This document shows, in pieces, positions 27,700 through 42,421 of a DNA stretch of 64,000 bases (positions within the stretch are counted from its first letter, which is position 1; every line of letters begins with the position of its first letter). The DNA lies in contig NC_043008.1 in NCBI RefSeq assembly GCF_006345805.1, forward strand, positions 47,430,001 to 47,494,000, read 5' to 3'. This DNA comes from Octopus sinensis (Eukaryota). The notes below the pieces were generated by a model. It was given only the letters and a program-made list of their open reading frames with translations, did not search any database and was not told where the DNA came from. Position numbers and translations under genes: made by a program.

Positions 27700-28370
27700 C
27701 AAATCTTTAGGGATGCTTACTAATGCAATTATAATTACGGGGATACATTTTACCCGCACTTTCCTTTGTCTCTGTAAGTCATTAACTTGGTCCTGGGTAC
27801 CTAGCCATTTTCTCTATACCTTTCATATTGACTTACTCATCACTTGGTATGTTTTAAACTCAGAGAACTCTGAGATGTTCAAGTGTCTTATTTTCGTACA
27901 AGATCTTACAGCAAGCGAAGATACAGAAATTCGGGTAAGAATTCTTTCTTAATTGGAACAAGCAAACCAAGACCTAACCATACACTCCCTGGCAGTAGAA
28001 TGCCAAAGGATGGTTAACCCGAAACACAATGTTGAAAAAATTCAAGGAAAGGATTCCTCAAAAATACAGATGTACCGACCGGGAAAAGTACAACCAAAAA
28101 AGAGCGCCACGTCCTAAACCATGTTATGGATGTGGGGGAATATATTTCAGAAAAGACTGTTAATTTAAACATCAAAAATGCTACAGTTGCAAAAGAATTG
28201 GTTACAGGAGTTCACACTGCAAAATAAAATTACAAAGGTCAAACGTTAAAAATCCTAGAGTGCTGTCAGCATAAACAAAAGTCAGCACGTGAAAATAAAT
28301 GGAATACATATTAAACTGGATACTGGAAGTGATATTTCAATAATAAACATGGACACACGGAAGAAAATAT
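27700..28370 (+). mobile_element. Gypsy LTR-retrotransposon gag/protease remnant
   Basis: FKCLIFVQDLTASEDTEIRVRIL..LEQ..DLTIHSLAVECQR; zinc knuckles CYGCGG and CYSCKRIGYRSSHC; protease KLDTGSDISII. Confidence 0.8.
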
Positions 28371-28633
28371 GGGACATACAGAAGAAAAGATGAGACAGAT
28401 GGAAGAAAAGATGAGACATAGAGAAGAACGAAGGATGATAGCAATGGGAGTTTTCTATGATATGTTTGAAGAACCGGCACCGAGAGATATCGAACCCCGT
28501 AGAACTAGCAGTTATTTCACTATCTGTGAGTCTTTTATTTCTGAAGATATCCTTCCTTAACATTTGGTGACCTGTTTTCGTCCAAATATAGTCTGCTCTC
28601 TTGATTTCGTGCTATCATTATAATTATAATTAT

Positions 28634-28680
<47 letters not shown>

Positions 28681-28689
28681 ATGGTAGTA

Positions 28690-28752
<63 letters not shown>

Positions 28753-29171
28753 ATAGTAGTAATCTCTCTTGAAAGTGAACTTACACAAGAAATGTTCTGG
28801 ATTCTTTGACTTTAGAACTCATTAACAGAATCTCTGCGAAATTAATGTTGACGAATTAACTAATTAACTAATTATCGTTGATTTTCACGTCAGCTGACAT
28901 TTAACAAAATGTATTTCTAACAACAAAGTGTGCTTTTGTTTCAACAAATATATATTCCCATCTTTAGTATACTTAGACAATCTGTAGGTGTTTAAAAACC
29001 AAAATGTATTGTATGTACAATCTACGACATTTAAATAAAAACAAAATGAATATTTATTTTCCAGCGAACAATTGTTTGCGGAATTCTAAACGTTTATGGC
29101 GAATTGAAGAATTTTTAACAAGTACTATAGTAAAGAGAATGAAAGTTGCTAAGAATTTGAAGTTCAACCGA

Positions 29172-29371
29172 GAAGACAGACAGAGAGATAGATAGGTAGG
29201 TAGGTAGGTAGGCAGGTAGGTAGGTAGGTAGGTAGGCTGGTAAGTAGGTAGGTAGACAGGTAGGTAGGTAGGTAGGTAGGTAGGTCGGTAGGTAGGTCGG
29301 TCGGTAAGTAGGTAGGTAGGCAGGCAAGCAGACAGACAGATAGATGTATACACACACATACACACTCATAA

Positions 29372-29402
<31 letters not shown>

Positions 29403-29452
29403 CATACATACATACATACATACATACATACATACATACATACATACATACA
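29172..29452. repeat. compound (GACA)/(GTAG)n/(GATA)n/(CATA)n microsatellite
   Basis: Read directly. Confidence 0.95.
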
Positions 29453-30844
29453 TAAAAAATAAAAGATGAAAAAGCAAAACGTTTGACTCCACACGAAAAA
29501 CTACTTAATTCCGATAGAGAATATAAACATCGAGTCTCTTACAGCTGTTTCTAGAATAGCCAAGTATGTGGATCTTGTCACTTAGTACGGGTTCCATGAT
29601 CTGAGTAAGCGATAATCAATGAGGGAGAAGCCAGAAAAATATAAAACTTAGGAATTATCCCCAATGGGGTGTACTAGTATATTCCAATTTGTCAAACGTG
29701 AAGGAAGGATCAGAGTAAACTAGGTATTTGTTACGCAGTTCCACGATCAAATAATTAGTAAAGTTATGGGCAAGGTCCCTTAGCAGTTTCAAACGAGAAT
29801 GTTCGATGATAACCCATGCTAAGGAATAGTGGAAGTTACTAGTTCCATTCTCGAATAGAGAGTGAATGAGGATCGAGTAGGAACAATATACTACAGAATG
29901 GAGGAAATATTGAATAGATAGTATATTGATGGTATGCCAATCGAAAGGGGTTAGGGGCTGCATATTCATAGACAGGTAGATAAATGGATAAAGAATAGCA
30001 GATATGAGAAACTTCCATCGTCTAACTGACCACTAGCACTGGCCAGGATTCAAAGATGGCAACAGTAGGAGCGATGGGTATTATGATGGTAATGGAGTAG
30101 ATGTACAAAATAATGAAGATCTTGATGTATAGTGGGCATAATACTACTAGAGGTAAAGTGAAATTAGGGTTCACCAGGTTATAATGGTGCTAGAAGTAGA
30201 TACCCATAATATTAATTAAAAAATAAAATTTTTTAGTGTTAATGAAGGGATATCCTTGTCAGGAATCGAAGAAAAACAAAGATGACGCATCTAAAATAAA
30301 TATATAAATGGTATCTATTTATTAAGTTGAATGAAGTTTTAGGGTCCTTAGATGAAGGAAATATAGTGATAATGGACAATGAAAAATAGATATAAGTAAA
30401 TTAATGAAAATGATCTGGAAAGTTAATTTGATTACATATATTTTATTGCACAGTGTATCACTCCGTGGTGTGAGAAGAGAATGCCTAGTGGTGTTTAATT
30501 AACAATAGTGTTGTAACGGAAAGGGTATTCGATTAGTTGTAATCTAGGTGAGACATATGAAATATAAATTAATGGAAAGAATCAGAATCTATAAAATAAA
30601 GAAGGATGTGGTGATACTGTAGATATAATTTAATTAAGTGAGCTTATATGATGTTTAAACTATACATTAGTGAGGGTCAGAAGTAATTGTTTCACCACAA
30701 TTCGACCAGTGGTAATACTTGAATGATTTCAAATATTTATGGAAATACGCAGAGGAGTTTTGGTGTTGCTTGTTTAATACTTGTGTGGAATTATTTTATA
30801 GAATTTGTATAGGTTCCCTCAGGGCCTTCCTTTGTCCTTCTTTT

Positions 30845-31105
30845 CGTTCTGAGTTCCAATTCTACCGAGGTCGACTTTGCCTTTTATCATTTCAGGATCG
30901 ATAAAATCAGTTCCAATTGAGCACTGGAGATCGATGTAATCGACTTGCCCCTACCCCCGGAATTGCTGGCCTGAATTTGAAACCATTCTTCTTATCTTTC
31001 TTCTGCGAGCTAGCAGAATACCAGTGGTACACTGAGGTCGATGTAATCGACTAAGCCCAGTCCTTCAAAATTTCACACCTTGGGTCTATAATAAAAAGGA
31101 TTATT
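30845..31105 (+). mobile_element. SINE copy
   Basis: TTCCAATTCTACCGAGGTCGACTTTGCC...GATGTAATCGACT, shared with 52518-52660 and 53330-53455; (ATT)n tail. Confidence 0.7.
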
Positions 31106-31375
31106 ATTATTGCTAGTGTTGTTGTTGATTGTGGTGTAGTTAACTGCTAGTAGTAGGGGCAGCAGTAGCAGCAGCAGTTCCAGTAGTTGTTGTTGTTGTT
31201 GTATTCAATATCCATAACTTTAACATTGAATTTTTCTGTGACGAAGAAACCAATTTACGCTCATGTTCAAATCGTTTGACCTTTTACAAAACACTGTGTT
31301 TGTATTTCGCGTATCTATATACTTATATACATTTATATATATGTGTGTGTGTGTATGTATATATATGTATGTATG

Positions 31376-31414
<39 letters not shown>

Positions 31415-31802
31415 TATATATATATAATATATATATATATATGTATGTATGTATGTATGTATACACCTTTACACACACAAACACACACTCACATATACAT
31501 ACATACACATACGTATGTTTATATGCATATATGTATATATCTTTAAATGTATACGTACACGTGTATTTGTATCTTTTATATGTTTAGGCAGTCTGTAGGC
31601 GTTTGAAAACCAGAAAGTATTGTATTGAAAATGCAAGACATTTAAATAAGAAAGAAAAACCTTTATTTTCTCTCTGATCTATTGATTGAAGAGTTCTAAA
31701 CACTGAGGCCGTATTAAATAATTTTTGAAGAAATACGTGACGAAAAACAATGAACATTGTAAAGAATTGTATGTTCCACCTCTTCTTTCTTTACACTGTC
31801 TG

Positions 31803-31878
<76 letters not shown>

Positions 31879-33405
31879 TATATACATGCGCATACACACT
31901 CATATGCATACATATATGTGCGTGTGTATGTATGCGTGCGTGATCACGTGCATCTGTTTATGTGTGTGTGTGAGTCTGTGTGTCTGTGTAGTATTTTCAT
32001 TCCAGCATTCGTTCACGAGTTCACTGATATGCTTCGAAAATGTTGATCTTCGCTAGACTAATAAGAGAGAAATAATCTCTGCCTAGTGTGACCGTCTGAA
32101 GGGGAGAGGGAAGACGGAAAGCGAGGAGGAGGGAAAGGAAGAGCGACGGAATGGATGGATGGAATTAAGGAAGAAAAAAATCAAAGAATTAGATTCGTGT
32201 AGAAGCGAATAAACACATTAGGAAAACTTGTTCCTCTTATCCGTAGCAACTTGGCCCTTGCTCTTCCTCCATCACCTTGCTCTTCTTAATTCCGTACAAA
32301 CACCTGCGGTCTATCTTCAGTACGTTCAAATAATGGTTTTTAAGTTAATTACTGCCTGCCCTCACCCCGCCAATCAATTAATATAATTATTTTCCCTAGT
32401 AATATGTGTGTAACGTTTCATTGAATTTTGTCACATAACATAATTTTCAGATTTCTTAGATTTCTTAGATTTAGGAAATTCCACTTCATAAGCTTTTTTT
32501 TTTTGTTTTCGTTGAACTCTTCATTTTAGAGGTTCAGCTCTCTTTAACAGAATTTACATTACATTTTCTTTTGCGATTATCCCATAACACTACCAGAAAG
32601 ACCGCCCTGAAGGCGGTTTTCTCTTAGTCGCTAAATAATATTTAGATATTTTCAATTAGTGTATTTTTTCTGATATTTACGTCTAATTTTCTTTTTTTTA
32701 TGTCATTTGTTCATTTTTTATTCATTTAATAATCGTCAGTCGCCGAGTAAAATAAATTTAGAATAATACCATGCACTCAAAGACAGCGTTCGAATTTATG
32801 AAGAATTCCGGTATTTTGTTAACTTACATTTGGTATAATTGATGTAAATAAATTAAAACCACTTTTTTTTATTCAGCTTTCTATTTCTTCAACGATATTC
32901 AACTGATATGAAAGAATACTGGAATCAACACGATTTGGCTGGCGCTGGATTAAACTTATAATTGGACTAATGTTTTTACTGATATGTTTGTAGAAAGTAG
33001 CATCACAAATATTTAGGCAACATTTGTATTTTCAGAAGTATAGACAAAGACGTTAACAGCCATTGTGTTGCAGTAAGTAAAATTGCTTTACTCATTAAAC
33101 TGTGACGTTGAAATATTCAATAATAAAGGAACTTTTGAAACCGCATTTTATTTTTTTTAATATTTTAAAATTGACATTTATACGAATTTCTTACACCGTG
33201 GAGAATTTAATAATTGCTTACTTTTAGTAAAAGTTAAAAAACTCAAGCTAATTAATAAGCAGCCTTGAAAATATTATCTACGATTTGTACTCCTTATGTC
33301 GTGGTTATATTCTTTAAAACTCTCAGCTTTCATTAATTCTAACAAACAATGATAATGCTAGCTGGAAACCATGTTCTCAAACATGGATTATAACATTTAC
33401 ATCAT

Positions 33406-33489
<84 letters not shown>

Positions 33490-34084
33490 TAGAGAATATG
33501 GAAACAGGTATATCGTCAAAACTTATTTCCTTTTATTTTCCAATGCCATACACTCGATCTTTAAGGTTACGACTCCCTACACGTGTTTCCGCGGCACATA
33601 ATAGTATGTGTTCTTGTTGCATATGCAGCTGGGCACAATTTCCTGTGCAGCTGCGTTCAGTCTTTCAACCAGCTTGGCTCGAATCGAACTGAAATCAACC
33701 ACCTGTTTATTTCTCATGTTTGAGAGAGAAGCGAACGGAGGTTTGTTTTGAATCTAAAATCTGCTCTGTTTATAAACTAGTGCGGTTGATCTCTCAGTTT
33801 CACACCGGTTGCTGACCAACGTCAGGTTAGATCTAATTAGGTAAATGCTTATGTTCTTGCTTTGGCAGTTTTCTTCTGTACTCGATAGGAACTTAATAAG
33901 CTTACTTTCAAGTGTAGATCTTGTAATGTATTTTATTTTACACTGGTTCAGTTCTATGTACTGTTCTTAGTTATTCAGATATTTATGCTGGGTAGTAGAG
34001 AGGAGGTTAGTTAAAAAAGATTATGTATTTGAGAAGTTTAGGATAAGTGCTTCTACCCACCTCATCCATCAGTGGGTTGGATAT

Positions 34085-34520
34085 TGAGTTATCTAGAACG
34101 TGTGTTAAATTTCTTAAATGTTTTGGTATGTTTATGTAAGCATCTGAAGGCGTATTCCTGACTGCTAGAAAGTAATTTGTATTTCGATGTAAAGATTTGC
34201 TACATTTCTTCTATATATAACTCACATCTGTTTCCTCTTGTTTGATACGGTTTAGTCGTACTAATTATCACCCACTCAGTGGTAAATCTTAGATTGCTTA
34301 AACTTCTGCACTTCTTACTTCTATCTCTAAATGAATTTGAAAGATTAGCTCGTCTTTTTTTTATAATATAGCAAGCTGTCCCCAATATAGAAGTACGTCC
34401 TTTCCTCAGAAGTGATTTTGCATCGTTATACAAGGCTCTTCGTCAAACAGCTAGAGTTTATGGGGCATACTTCATTCCTAGCACAATTACAGAGATCTAA
34501 TTCCCTGTTACTGTTATCTT
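34085..34520 (-). mobile_element. decayed PLE GIY-YIG endonuclease C-terminus (second PLE family)
   Basis: LCNCARNEVCPINSSCLTKSLV*RCKIT...YFYIG and W.IISTTKPYQTRGNRCELYIEE...RCLHKH. Confidence 0.8.
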
Positions 34521-35010
34521 TTTGGTTGTAGTTTCTACTACATGTTTCTGTTCCCCTAATTTTTTTATCAATTTACCATTTCTCCTAATCTTTCTCTTTA
34601 TAGGTGTTTGTGAGTGCTATTTTTAGCGATTCCCGCGACCTATCTTGAGGAGGTAAAGGCTTGTGTTGAAGTTGTCTTTCCTTGACTGCTGCTCCTTACT
34701 GTATTACCACTCACCACTACACTGAGTACAATGTTGATACTAGTGTTCCAGTCTCTTCTGCTATTGACCATTCCTGTCCAGTCACCCGGTTTACCATTAT
34801 CAATATTCTCTTTAATAGGATAATATTACCATCCAGTGAAGCGAACATGGAATTATTCATCGGATCAATTTACAGCGTGAGTGACAAGCGACAACACCTC
34901 GTAGTCATAGACGTTAAATACTAATCGATGCGGCTAGCCTAACCTGGAGCACACCTGAGAGCTATCACGGTATCCTCCAGGATAACATATCCCTTCAAAC
35001 TTACAAATTG

Positions 35011-35053
<43 letters not shown>

Positions 35054-35558
35054 TACCCACTACCTGTTTCCCCTCCTTCCACGAGACCATGGTTCAGCCA
35101 AGCCTGACCATTCTTTCTTGGTTTGACTACTATCCGTGTAGCATCTCTCGTATTTCTTGCCATGACCCTTATCTATGTCTCTGCCGTAAGGCTTCACTTC
35201 CACACACGACACCTTATTTCGATTCGTCCCAAGTCGAAAGAGACCTATTGTTTGTATTTGTAATTGTGCACCATTTCCCTGTTTTTGTTTTGTTTTTCTT
35301 TGTTTTTCGTCCTTGTTTTCATATATATTAGCTTGCTTCCTTACAAAGAATCTTGTGCTCTTAGCTTAGATTTCCTTGGGACCTGCCTGATTAGAGCAGT
35401 CTCAAGATTAACCGAACGAAACTACAAAGACGATCTGCTTCTCGACCGAAGATTGAAAGCTCCTAATGACCTGCCCTTGTTCTTTTCTGTCGTTACTATG
35501 ACAACAGTTCACATATTTATTGATCAGACCATGTATATATATATATATATATATTTAT

Positions 35559-35589
<31 letters not shown>

Positions 35590-35703
35590 TACATACATTC
35601 ATACTTACATACATACATACAAGCACATATATACACCTTTAATGCTCACAGTCGGAAAGAAGTGTACTCAACACTATTGTAGAGAATAAGTCTCTTCTAT
35701 TTT

Positions 35704-35780
35704 GGTCGAGCTCTCGGCCTGATGATCCTGTGAATGCTCAGGCGAAACTCTGGCGTATCAAGTAACTGATTAGACCAAAA
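35704..35780 (+). ncRNA. degenerate type I hammerhead (PLE pLTR fragment)
   Basis: CTGATGA T CCTGTG AATG CTCAGG C GAAAC (35719-35748). Distal TTTGGTC/GACCAAA closure, proximal stem I/III eroded. Confidence 0.5.
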
Positions 35781-35873
35781 TAAAAGAAATACTATATATT
35801 ATATTACATAATATTACAAGCGTACGCGCGCAGACGCACATATATATGAATACGTATATTTATATATATGTAT

Positions 35874-35941
<68 letters not shown>

Positions 35942-36023
35942 TGATACATACATGTATACACACGCAACACACACACACACATACGCACACATATATATAT
36001 ATATATACATATATACATATTTA

Positions 36024-36067
<44 letters not shown>

Positions 36068-36124
36068 AATATGAGAGAGAATCCACTATGTGGACGCTCT
36101 TACGCTAGAGATAGATCCGCAAGG

Positions 36125-36159
<35 letters not shown>

Positions 36160-36336
36160 TACATGTTTATATACATATATGTTACGAGTGCATACATGAA
36201 TACATATGAATGTATGAATAAATGTTCGTGTAAGGCTTTGTGTTGCACGAGGAGCAAACATATGAACAAAATCAATAGAATATATTTGAAGATAGATTTG
36301 CAGGAGATGAAGAGAGGATAAAGGAAATTGACGTAC

Positions 36337-36388
36337 GATGGCTGCTGTTTGTCATAAAACGGTAACTGGAGTATTCCTGCTGGGAAAG
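36337..36388 (-). CDS. M13 peptidase exon: (S)FPAGILQLPFYDKQQP(S)
   Basis: 52 nt, tctttttccAG acceptor, GTACGT donor. FPAGILQxPF motif; phases join both neighbours. Confidence 0.95.
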
Positions 36389-38739
36389 CTGGAAAAAGAA
36401 TGGAAAATAGATCTTTAGATTTTGTTGCAATATAATAAACATATGTGTATATACAAATCTATCATCCTATGAATATATGTGTTCTAGTCTCTCCCTCTCT
36501 TCTCTCTCTCTCTCTCTCTCTTTTTCTCAGTCTGTCCTTAACCCTATCCATGGTTTTGTTTTAAATCTTTATCTCTTTTCCTCTTTCTTCTTTCCATACA
36601 ACATGAAATGATCTTAATGAAAACTGCACTAGAGTATACAACTTTTTACATCTCTACAATGAACAATATTCAGAACCTTTGCTGACAGCACAGCTCGATA
36701 CTTAGTGTAAACTATGACTTCGTACTATTACCGTATAATGAAGCAATATTCCATTGTAGGTTCGGTGACCCCTGATTATAGACGGGGATGTGAGCTCCCG
36801 GTAAATTTCTAACCTTTGCTCCACTTCAATATTTTCTCTTTCGTCGGGTTGCATTGCTTTCAAAGCCTTAGAATTTATCCGTCTGTTTTAAATACATTTT
36901 ATTAAAATCATAATCTTCCAGTTCTAGCCTAACCGTTTCCATTTAATTATTCCTTTTCCAAAGTTAAAGAGGTTTTTATTCTTTCTTTATCCAGAATCGA
37001 CCCAAAACTATTTGTTTGTCTTCCTTTACGCTGTACATAATTACTCGGTTTCAAAATGATATCCTATAAACTGTTAACATTTCTAAACTTAATATTGTCC
37101 TGTTTAAGTATTTCAATAAAAACGCTGTCAGCAAACTGCATTTAAAAACGCATTATGTTCCCAGTTATTGAAATGGTAATGGAATACTTTTATTTCAACG
37201 TAACTCTTTTGCATCCTTAGAGTCTAAAAAAAAGGATAATTCATGCCGAAAATTACTCATAAATATATTTCTACAACTAACGACTCATAGATCTTAAAGA
37301 GATCTATGAACATTTTGTCAAAAAAATCTATAATATGTATTTCTTCTCATCTTTCAATCACCTTTGAAAAGGCCAAAAACGGCTTTGGAAACTAAAAATT
37401 CGATTTTGAAATGTTTATTTTCTATAATACCAACACACTATTCGTTTAAGTATGACAGTTATTCAAAGATTAACACAATTTTTTTCGCTTTCTATTCATT
37501 GACATTTTCTTTAGATATTTCACATATTTCACCAAAGTTTCCAGATGAAAGCAAGCTCTGCTCTAAAAGCTGTACTTATTTTCTATTTAGAAAAAATAGG
37601 AAATATAAAGTTATTCGATTTTTTTTCCTGTTTGCATTTTTTAAGGCTGAATGAATGTTAGATCTGTTAAATGGAAAGAAAAAGAATATTTATCGAGCCT
37701 GGTTTTGATAACTTAATCAAAATTCTGAAATATTAATAGAGAATGCTGAAATATCACAAGATGGCTATTTATTTAATTATTTATTTTGTTTTTCATTTAT
37801 CACGTTCAATGCCAACCAAATCCGATTTGACAGTGTGAGTGTGTGAGGCATGTACAGGGGAAGGGTGTTTGCCTTGATATAAGTTACTTCAGACAAATCA
37901 AAGCAACTTTTTTTATATCATAGCTGGATCATTAGTTTGTTTTGTTTGGATATTTTTATTGAAGTTCCCATTTTATTGAATAATTTCATATCGTAGGGTT
38001 TGAAAAAATAAATAGAATAATTTAATGTGTATAACATAAACTAATAGTTTATCAGGGACATATTTGTTAGGTTATCGGAAATATTTATAATGCAAATATT
38101 CACTCCCCCCCCACACACACACAACAAAAGCAACTGCAAATGCATATACACACATATATTCATATATTTATATAAGAGCATGTGTGTGTATCTGTCTGTG
38201 ACTGTTTGCGTGTGTGTGAGTGTGTGTGTATGTCTATGTGTGTGCATATATGTATGCATGTATGTGCGTTTGTATACTCTCAAACATATACATATACATA
38301 TACAGAGCTATGTACATAAATATACATACACATCTATGTATGTATACTATATACATGTGTGTGTGTGTGAGTGTGTGTGTGTGTATGTGTGTGTGTGTGT
38401 GGATAGGGTGAGCACCACGAGCTATATACACACTTTAACTGCTGATAACTCAATTTTCATTTCCTTTTAGTTTTAACCCGTTGGACATAACGAGGGGAAC
38501 CAGACTAAACTTTGAACAAAGGAAACTTACACTAAATTGTTACAGAAAAAGTCTGAAAATGCACTCCAATGGCGAAGACAATGTAGGACAGACTTAAAAA
38601 CAGATCCTCATAAATGACTGCCATTACTGGATTTAGAGATAACTTGAAAGCAAATGCAACCGTATTTGAGCAAGAAGCGTCCTGAAAGACTGCAAACATT
38701 AACGAGTCCCACAAACGAAGAATTTATGCTGAAAATGTT

Positions 38740-39409
38740 TTAGAAAAGTTGAAAAAAAATCTTTCCTAAAAACGAGTCACGCGATAGAAATTTTAGAATG
38801 AAGCCTCCATCGCACTTCGAAGCACCTTCTCAATGGAGATGCTCTGAATGGAGATGCTCTGAATGGAGTTGAACTGAAGAGTAGAGCTTAACGAGCCGTA
38901 TTCGGCAAGATGTGCAGACGACTTTCCAAACAAGATTCTTTGGAGTGATGAGGTTACATTTAAAGTAACTGGCTAAATTAACCATAAATAATTGTACCAA
39001 CTGGAGACCGAAGAATCCACATATTTCGGTGGATCTCAGGCTAATTTTCCAGGAGTTAGAATATGGTGCTGCTATTATCAAAAGGAATAACTGACCAATT
39101 CTGTTTTAACGGTTTTCTGACTGATTCCATTTACTTGTTACGTCATACAAAACCGACAACAGTCACCGAAGCAGTCATTGAATGATAATGCACACCAATA
39201 TCGGACGGAATGTTCCATGGTGGTTGCGATTCCACTGCGTCCATTATCAGCAATGCCCGGATCAGAATATTCGTCAGTTTGCGAAGAGATATTCTTCAAA
39301 TTAGTTTATTTCTGTATATTCATAGACATTTTGAAAATGTCTTGTATTTTCAGAAACATTGATTGTATAAACATTCAAGGTAAACATACATTTCTGGGGA
39401 CACCCTGTA
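38740..39409 (+). mobile_element. Tc1/mariner superfamily (maT/DD37D-like) remnant
   Basis: FPNKILWSDEVTFKVTG.INH, C-terminal QQCPDQNIRQF, right end GGGGACACCCTGTA. Internally deleted. Confidence 0.7.
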
Positions 39410-39423
39410 TTCATATATATATA

Positions 39424-39516
<93 letters not shown>

Positions 39517-39795
39517 ATGCACGTATGTGCCGCGCGCGCGTGTGTGTATGTGTGTGTGAACGTGTGCGTATGTATCTGCATGAGTGTGCGTGCGTTTGTA
39601 TGTGAGTGTGTGTGTGTGTGTCTGCCTGACTGTGTGTCTGTATGCCTGTCTGTAGGTAGCAGCAAAAATTGGAGTGTCAGATAAAACGGTTTTTGGTATT
39701 CGTTACGTCTTTCTCTCCTCCGAGTTCAAATCCCCAGTATTTCGGCAATTGATAAATACAATGGTCTATAATAAGAATTGATTTCTCTCTCTCTC

Positions 39796-39833
<38 letters not shown>

Positions 39834-40144
39834 CCCCTTTCTCTCTTTCTATAAATCTATCTATCTTTCTCTATCTCAATCTCTCCCGTGTTCTCTCTCC
39901 TGTTTTGTGCATGTTAAAATTCCACCCTTTCCACACAGTATTACACTGATTTGCCCGAAAGTTTGTGTTACGTGTGCATGTCTGCGAAATACTCAGCCAC
40001 ATAGATTTTAATTTCCTGTGAACAATCAATGGAAGAGGTTTTTTCGTTTGAAGTTTGAGAACACATTAACGTCTCGCTGTGTGAACGAGTAAAGATCAGT
40101 TTAATATGTATATCTACATGTATATAGACACACGCACATACATA

Positions 40145-40189
<45 letters not shown>

Positions 40190-40816
40190 AACCATGCGTA
40201 CACTCATGCAGCATATCTGCACATATACGCATACACATACGTGTATATCGATGTGTGTGAGTGTGTATGTACGTCTCTCTCTCTCTCTCTCACTCTACAT
40301 ATATATACACACACACAAACACATACATGCAAATACAGCCATACACAGGCAGACACATAGAACTATTTATCACCGTTTCACCACTTTCACCATTCATGGT
40401 GTGCATTTTCAGTTTTTCTAATTTCATTTTAATCACTAACGTATTTTTGCGAAGACACAATCATCCTAATTGCCATTCTAATTGTACTTCGCATCTTAAC
40501 TCCTCGCTAGAAAAGGCACTTCACCATTCTGTCTCCCAGTTGTTATAACGTCGGTATTTCAAGCTGAACACGGATTGGCTTTCCATAAACGCTTGTCGAT
40601 ATAATACAATTAAGTTGCTCCTCCATATTGCAGCTTGTTTACCACGTCTTGTGATTGAAGGATTATGAATGACGCAAAGAAGGAAAAACTGAGCCAAAGA
40701 TTTAGAGATATAAATAATTCTAGTAAATAATTCTAGCTAACAATCTTATTAACGAGATATCTAGTTTAGTTACATATCTTAGATAAATAGATAAGTAGAT
40801 AGATAGATAGAGAGAG

Positions 40817-40898
<82 letters not shown>

Positions 40899-40911
40899 GT
40901 AGGTAGGTAGG

Positions 40912-40942
<31 letters not shown>

Positions 40943-41101
40943 GTTGGCATGTAAGTAATCATACGGGTAAGTGGGTAATTAGATGGGTATATATGCACAC
41001 ATACATATACGTATATATTTATGTACATATATAAATGCATAGGAGATACATATATACACACATACATATGTGTGTGTATGTGTGCATCTCCTATATATAT
41101 A

Positions 41102-42348
41102 TTGTGTTATCCCATAAATAATGCGGTTTTTTTCAATTGCATGAACTAAAAGTCGGATAGGGACAGGATAAGCTGCCTGCATCTAAGTAGGTAGTAATTC
41201 TGCCTTCTCCTTATTCTTAGTGCATGTTTTGAAGAGACATTTTTTCAAAGCTATAATGGATGCGACAAAGGTGCATATTCGGCATATTTTGCTTTATGAG
41301 TTCAATAAAGGAAACAACTCAATGGAAAGTGTGGGGAATATTAATGAAGTATATGGAGATCGGACAATATGCGTAAGCCATTGTCAACGGTGATTCCAGA
41401 AATTCCGAGCCAGAAATAACAGCCTAGAAGACAAGCCACTTCCTGGCAGATCTGCAGAGTTCGACGTGTATGTCCTGCAATCCCTGGTATAGCAAAATCC
41501 TACCGTAACTGTTGAGGAAATAGCGAAGAAGCTTACATTTGATGCTTCCGCCATTCATCGACACCTGTGTGCCATCGGAAAAGTCAGCAAATTGGGTCAA
41601 TGGATTTCTCACAAACTTTCCGAGTCTAATCGCGCGCAGAGAGTGAATGTGTGCTCTTCTTTGCTGTCACGTCTCATAAATGAACATTTTTTGGACCGAA
41701 TATTGACTGGTGACGAGAAATGGGTTCTCTGTTAAAATGTCAAGCGCCGAAGACAGTGGATAGGGAAAGGAGAAACACCGGCACCGCAGGCAAAGAAGGG
41801 CTTCACCGAAGTAATGTTTTGTTAACTGTTTGGTGGAATATGAAAGGGTTAGTCCACTTTAAAATTTTAAACCCAAACCAAATGGTAACAAAGAAGATTT
41901 ACGGTGAGCAACTTGCGTGGCTTAAGTTAGCACTAGAATAAAAATGACCATCTTTGGTTTCAAAACGGAAGGTATTCTTCCATCAGAATAATGCTTGGCC
42001 ATATACAGCAAGGATGACATTCCAAAGGTTGGAGCAGTTTGAATGGGTAACGATGCCCCACCCATTATATTCGCCGGACATTGCCTCATCTGATTATCAT
42101 TTAAAATCATTTGGACGGAAAAATATGAATTCTGTGGACGAGGTCAGAACAGTACTGGAGGAATATTTTTTGTCATGGTCAAGTGAATTTTGGAAGTGGG
42201 GCCTTGCAAGTCTACCAGATAGATGGATGGAAGAGCATTGTAGAAAATGAAGGAGAGTATATTTTAGATTAAAAAAGAACTTTCTTTATTTTAATTTTGA
42301 AAAATAAAAGAAGTATTAAAAGTATGCCATATTTATGGGATGACCCAC
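41102..42348 (+). mobile_element. near full-length decayed mariner
   Basis: TIR-like TTATCCCATAAATAATGCGG / ATATTTATGGGATGACCC. From ATG 41256: HIRHILLYEFNKG, GQWISHKL, ILTGDEKW, HPLYSPDIASSDYHL, with stops. Confidence 0.92.
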
Positions 42349-42421
42349 CATAGATAGATAGATAGATAGTTCAAAAGATGAAGGCAGATGTATTAGTTTA
42401 ATGCTCGGGAAGAATGGAGAT

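Noticed and set aside
29540-29585. GAAACAGCTGTAAG half-hammerhead on the minus strand
   Set aside because: Only the 3' half is present and no CUGANGA core is recognisable; likely a truncated PLE remnant.
32588-32616. GC hairpin ACCGCC-CTGAA-GGCGGT plus T-rich tail, resembling a bacterial terminator or Helitron end
   Set aside because: Eukaryotic context, and no convincing CTRR spacing or matching 5' end.
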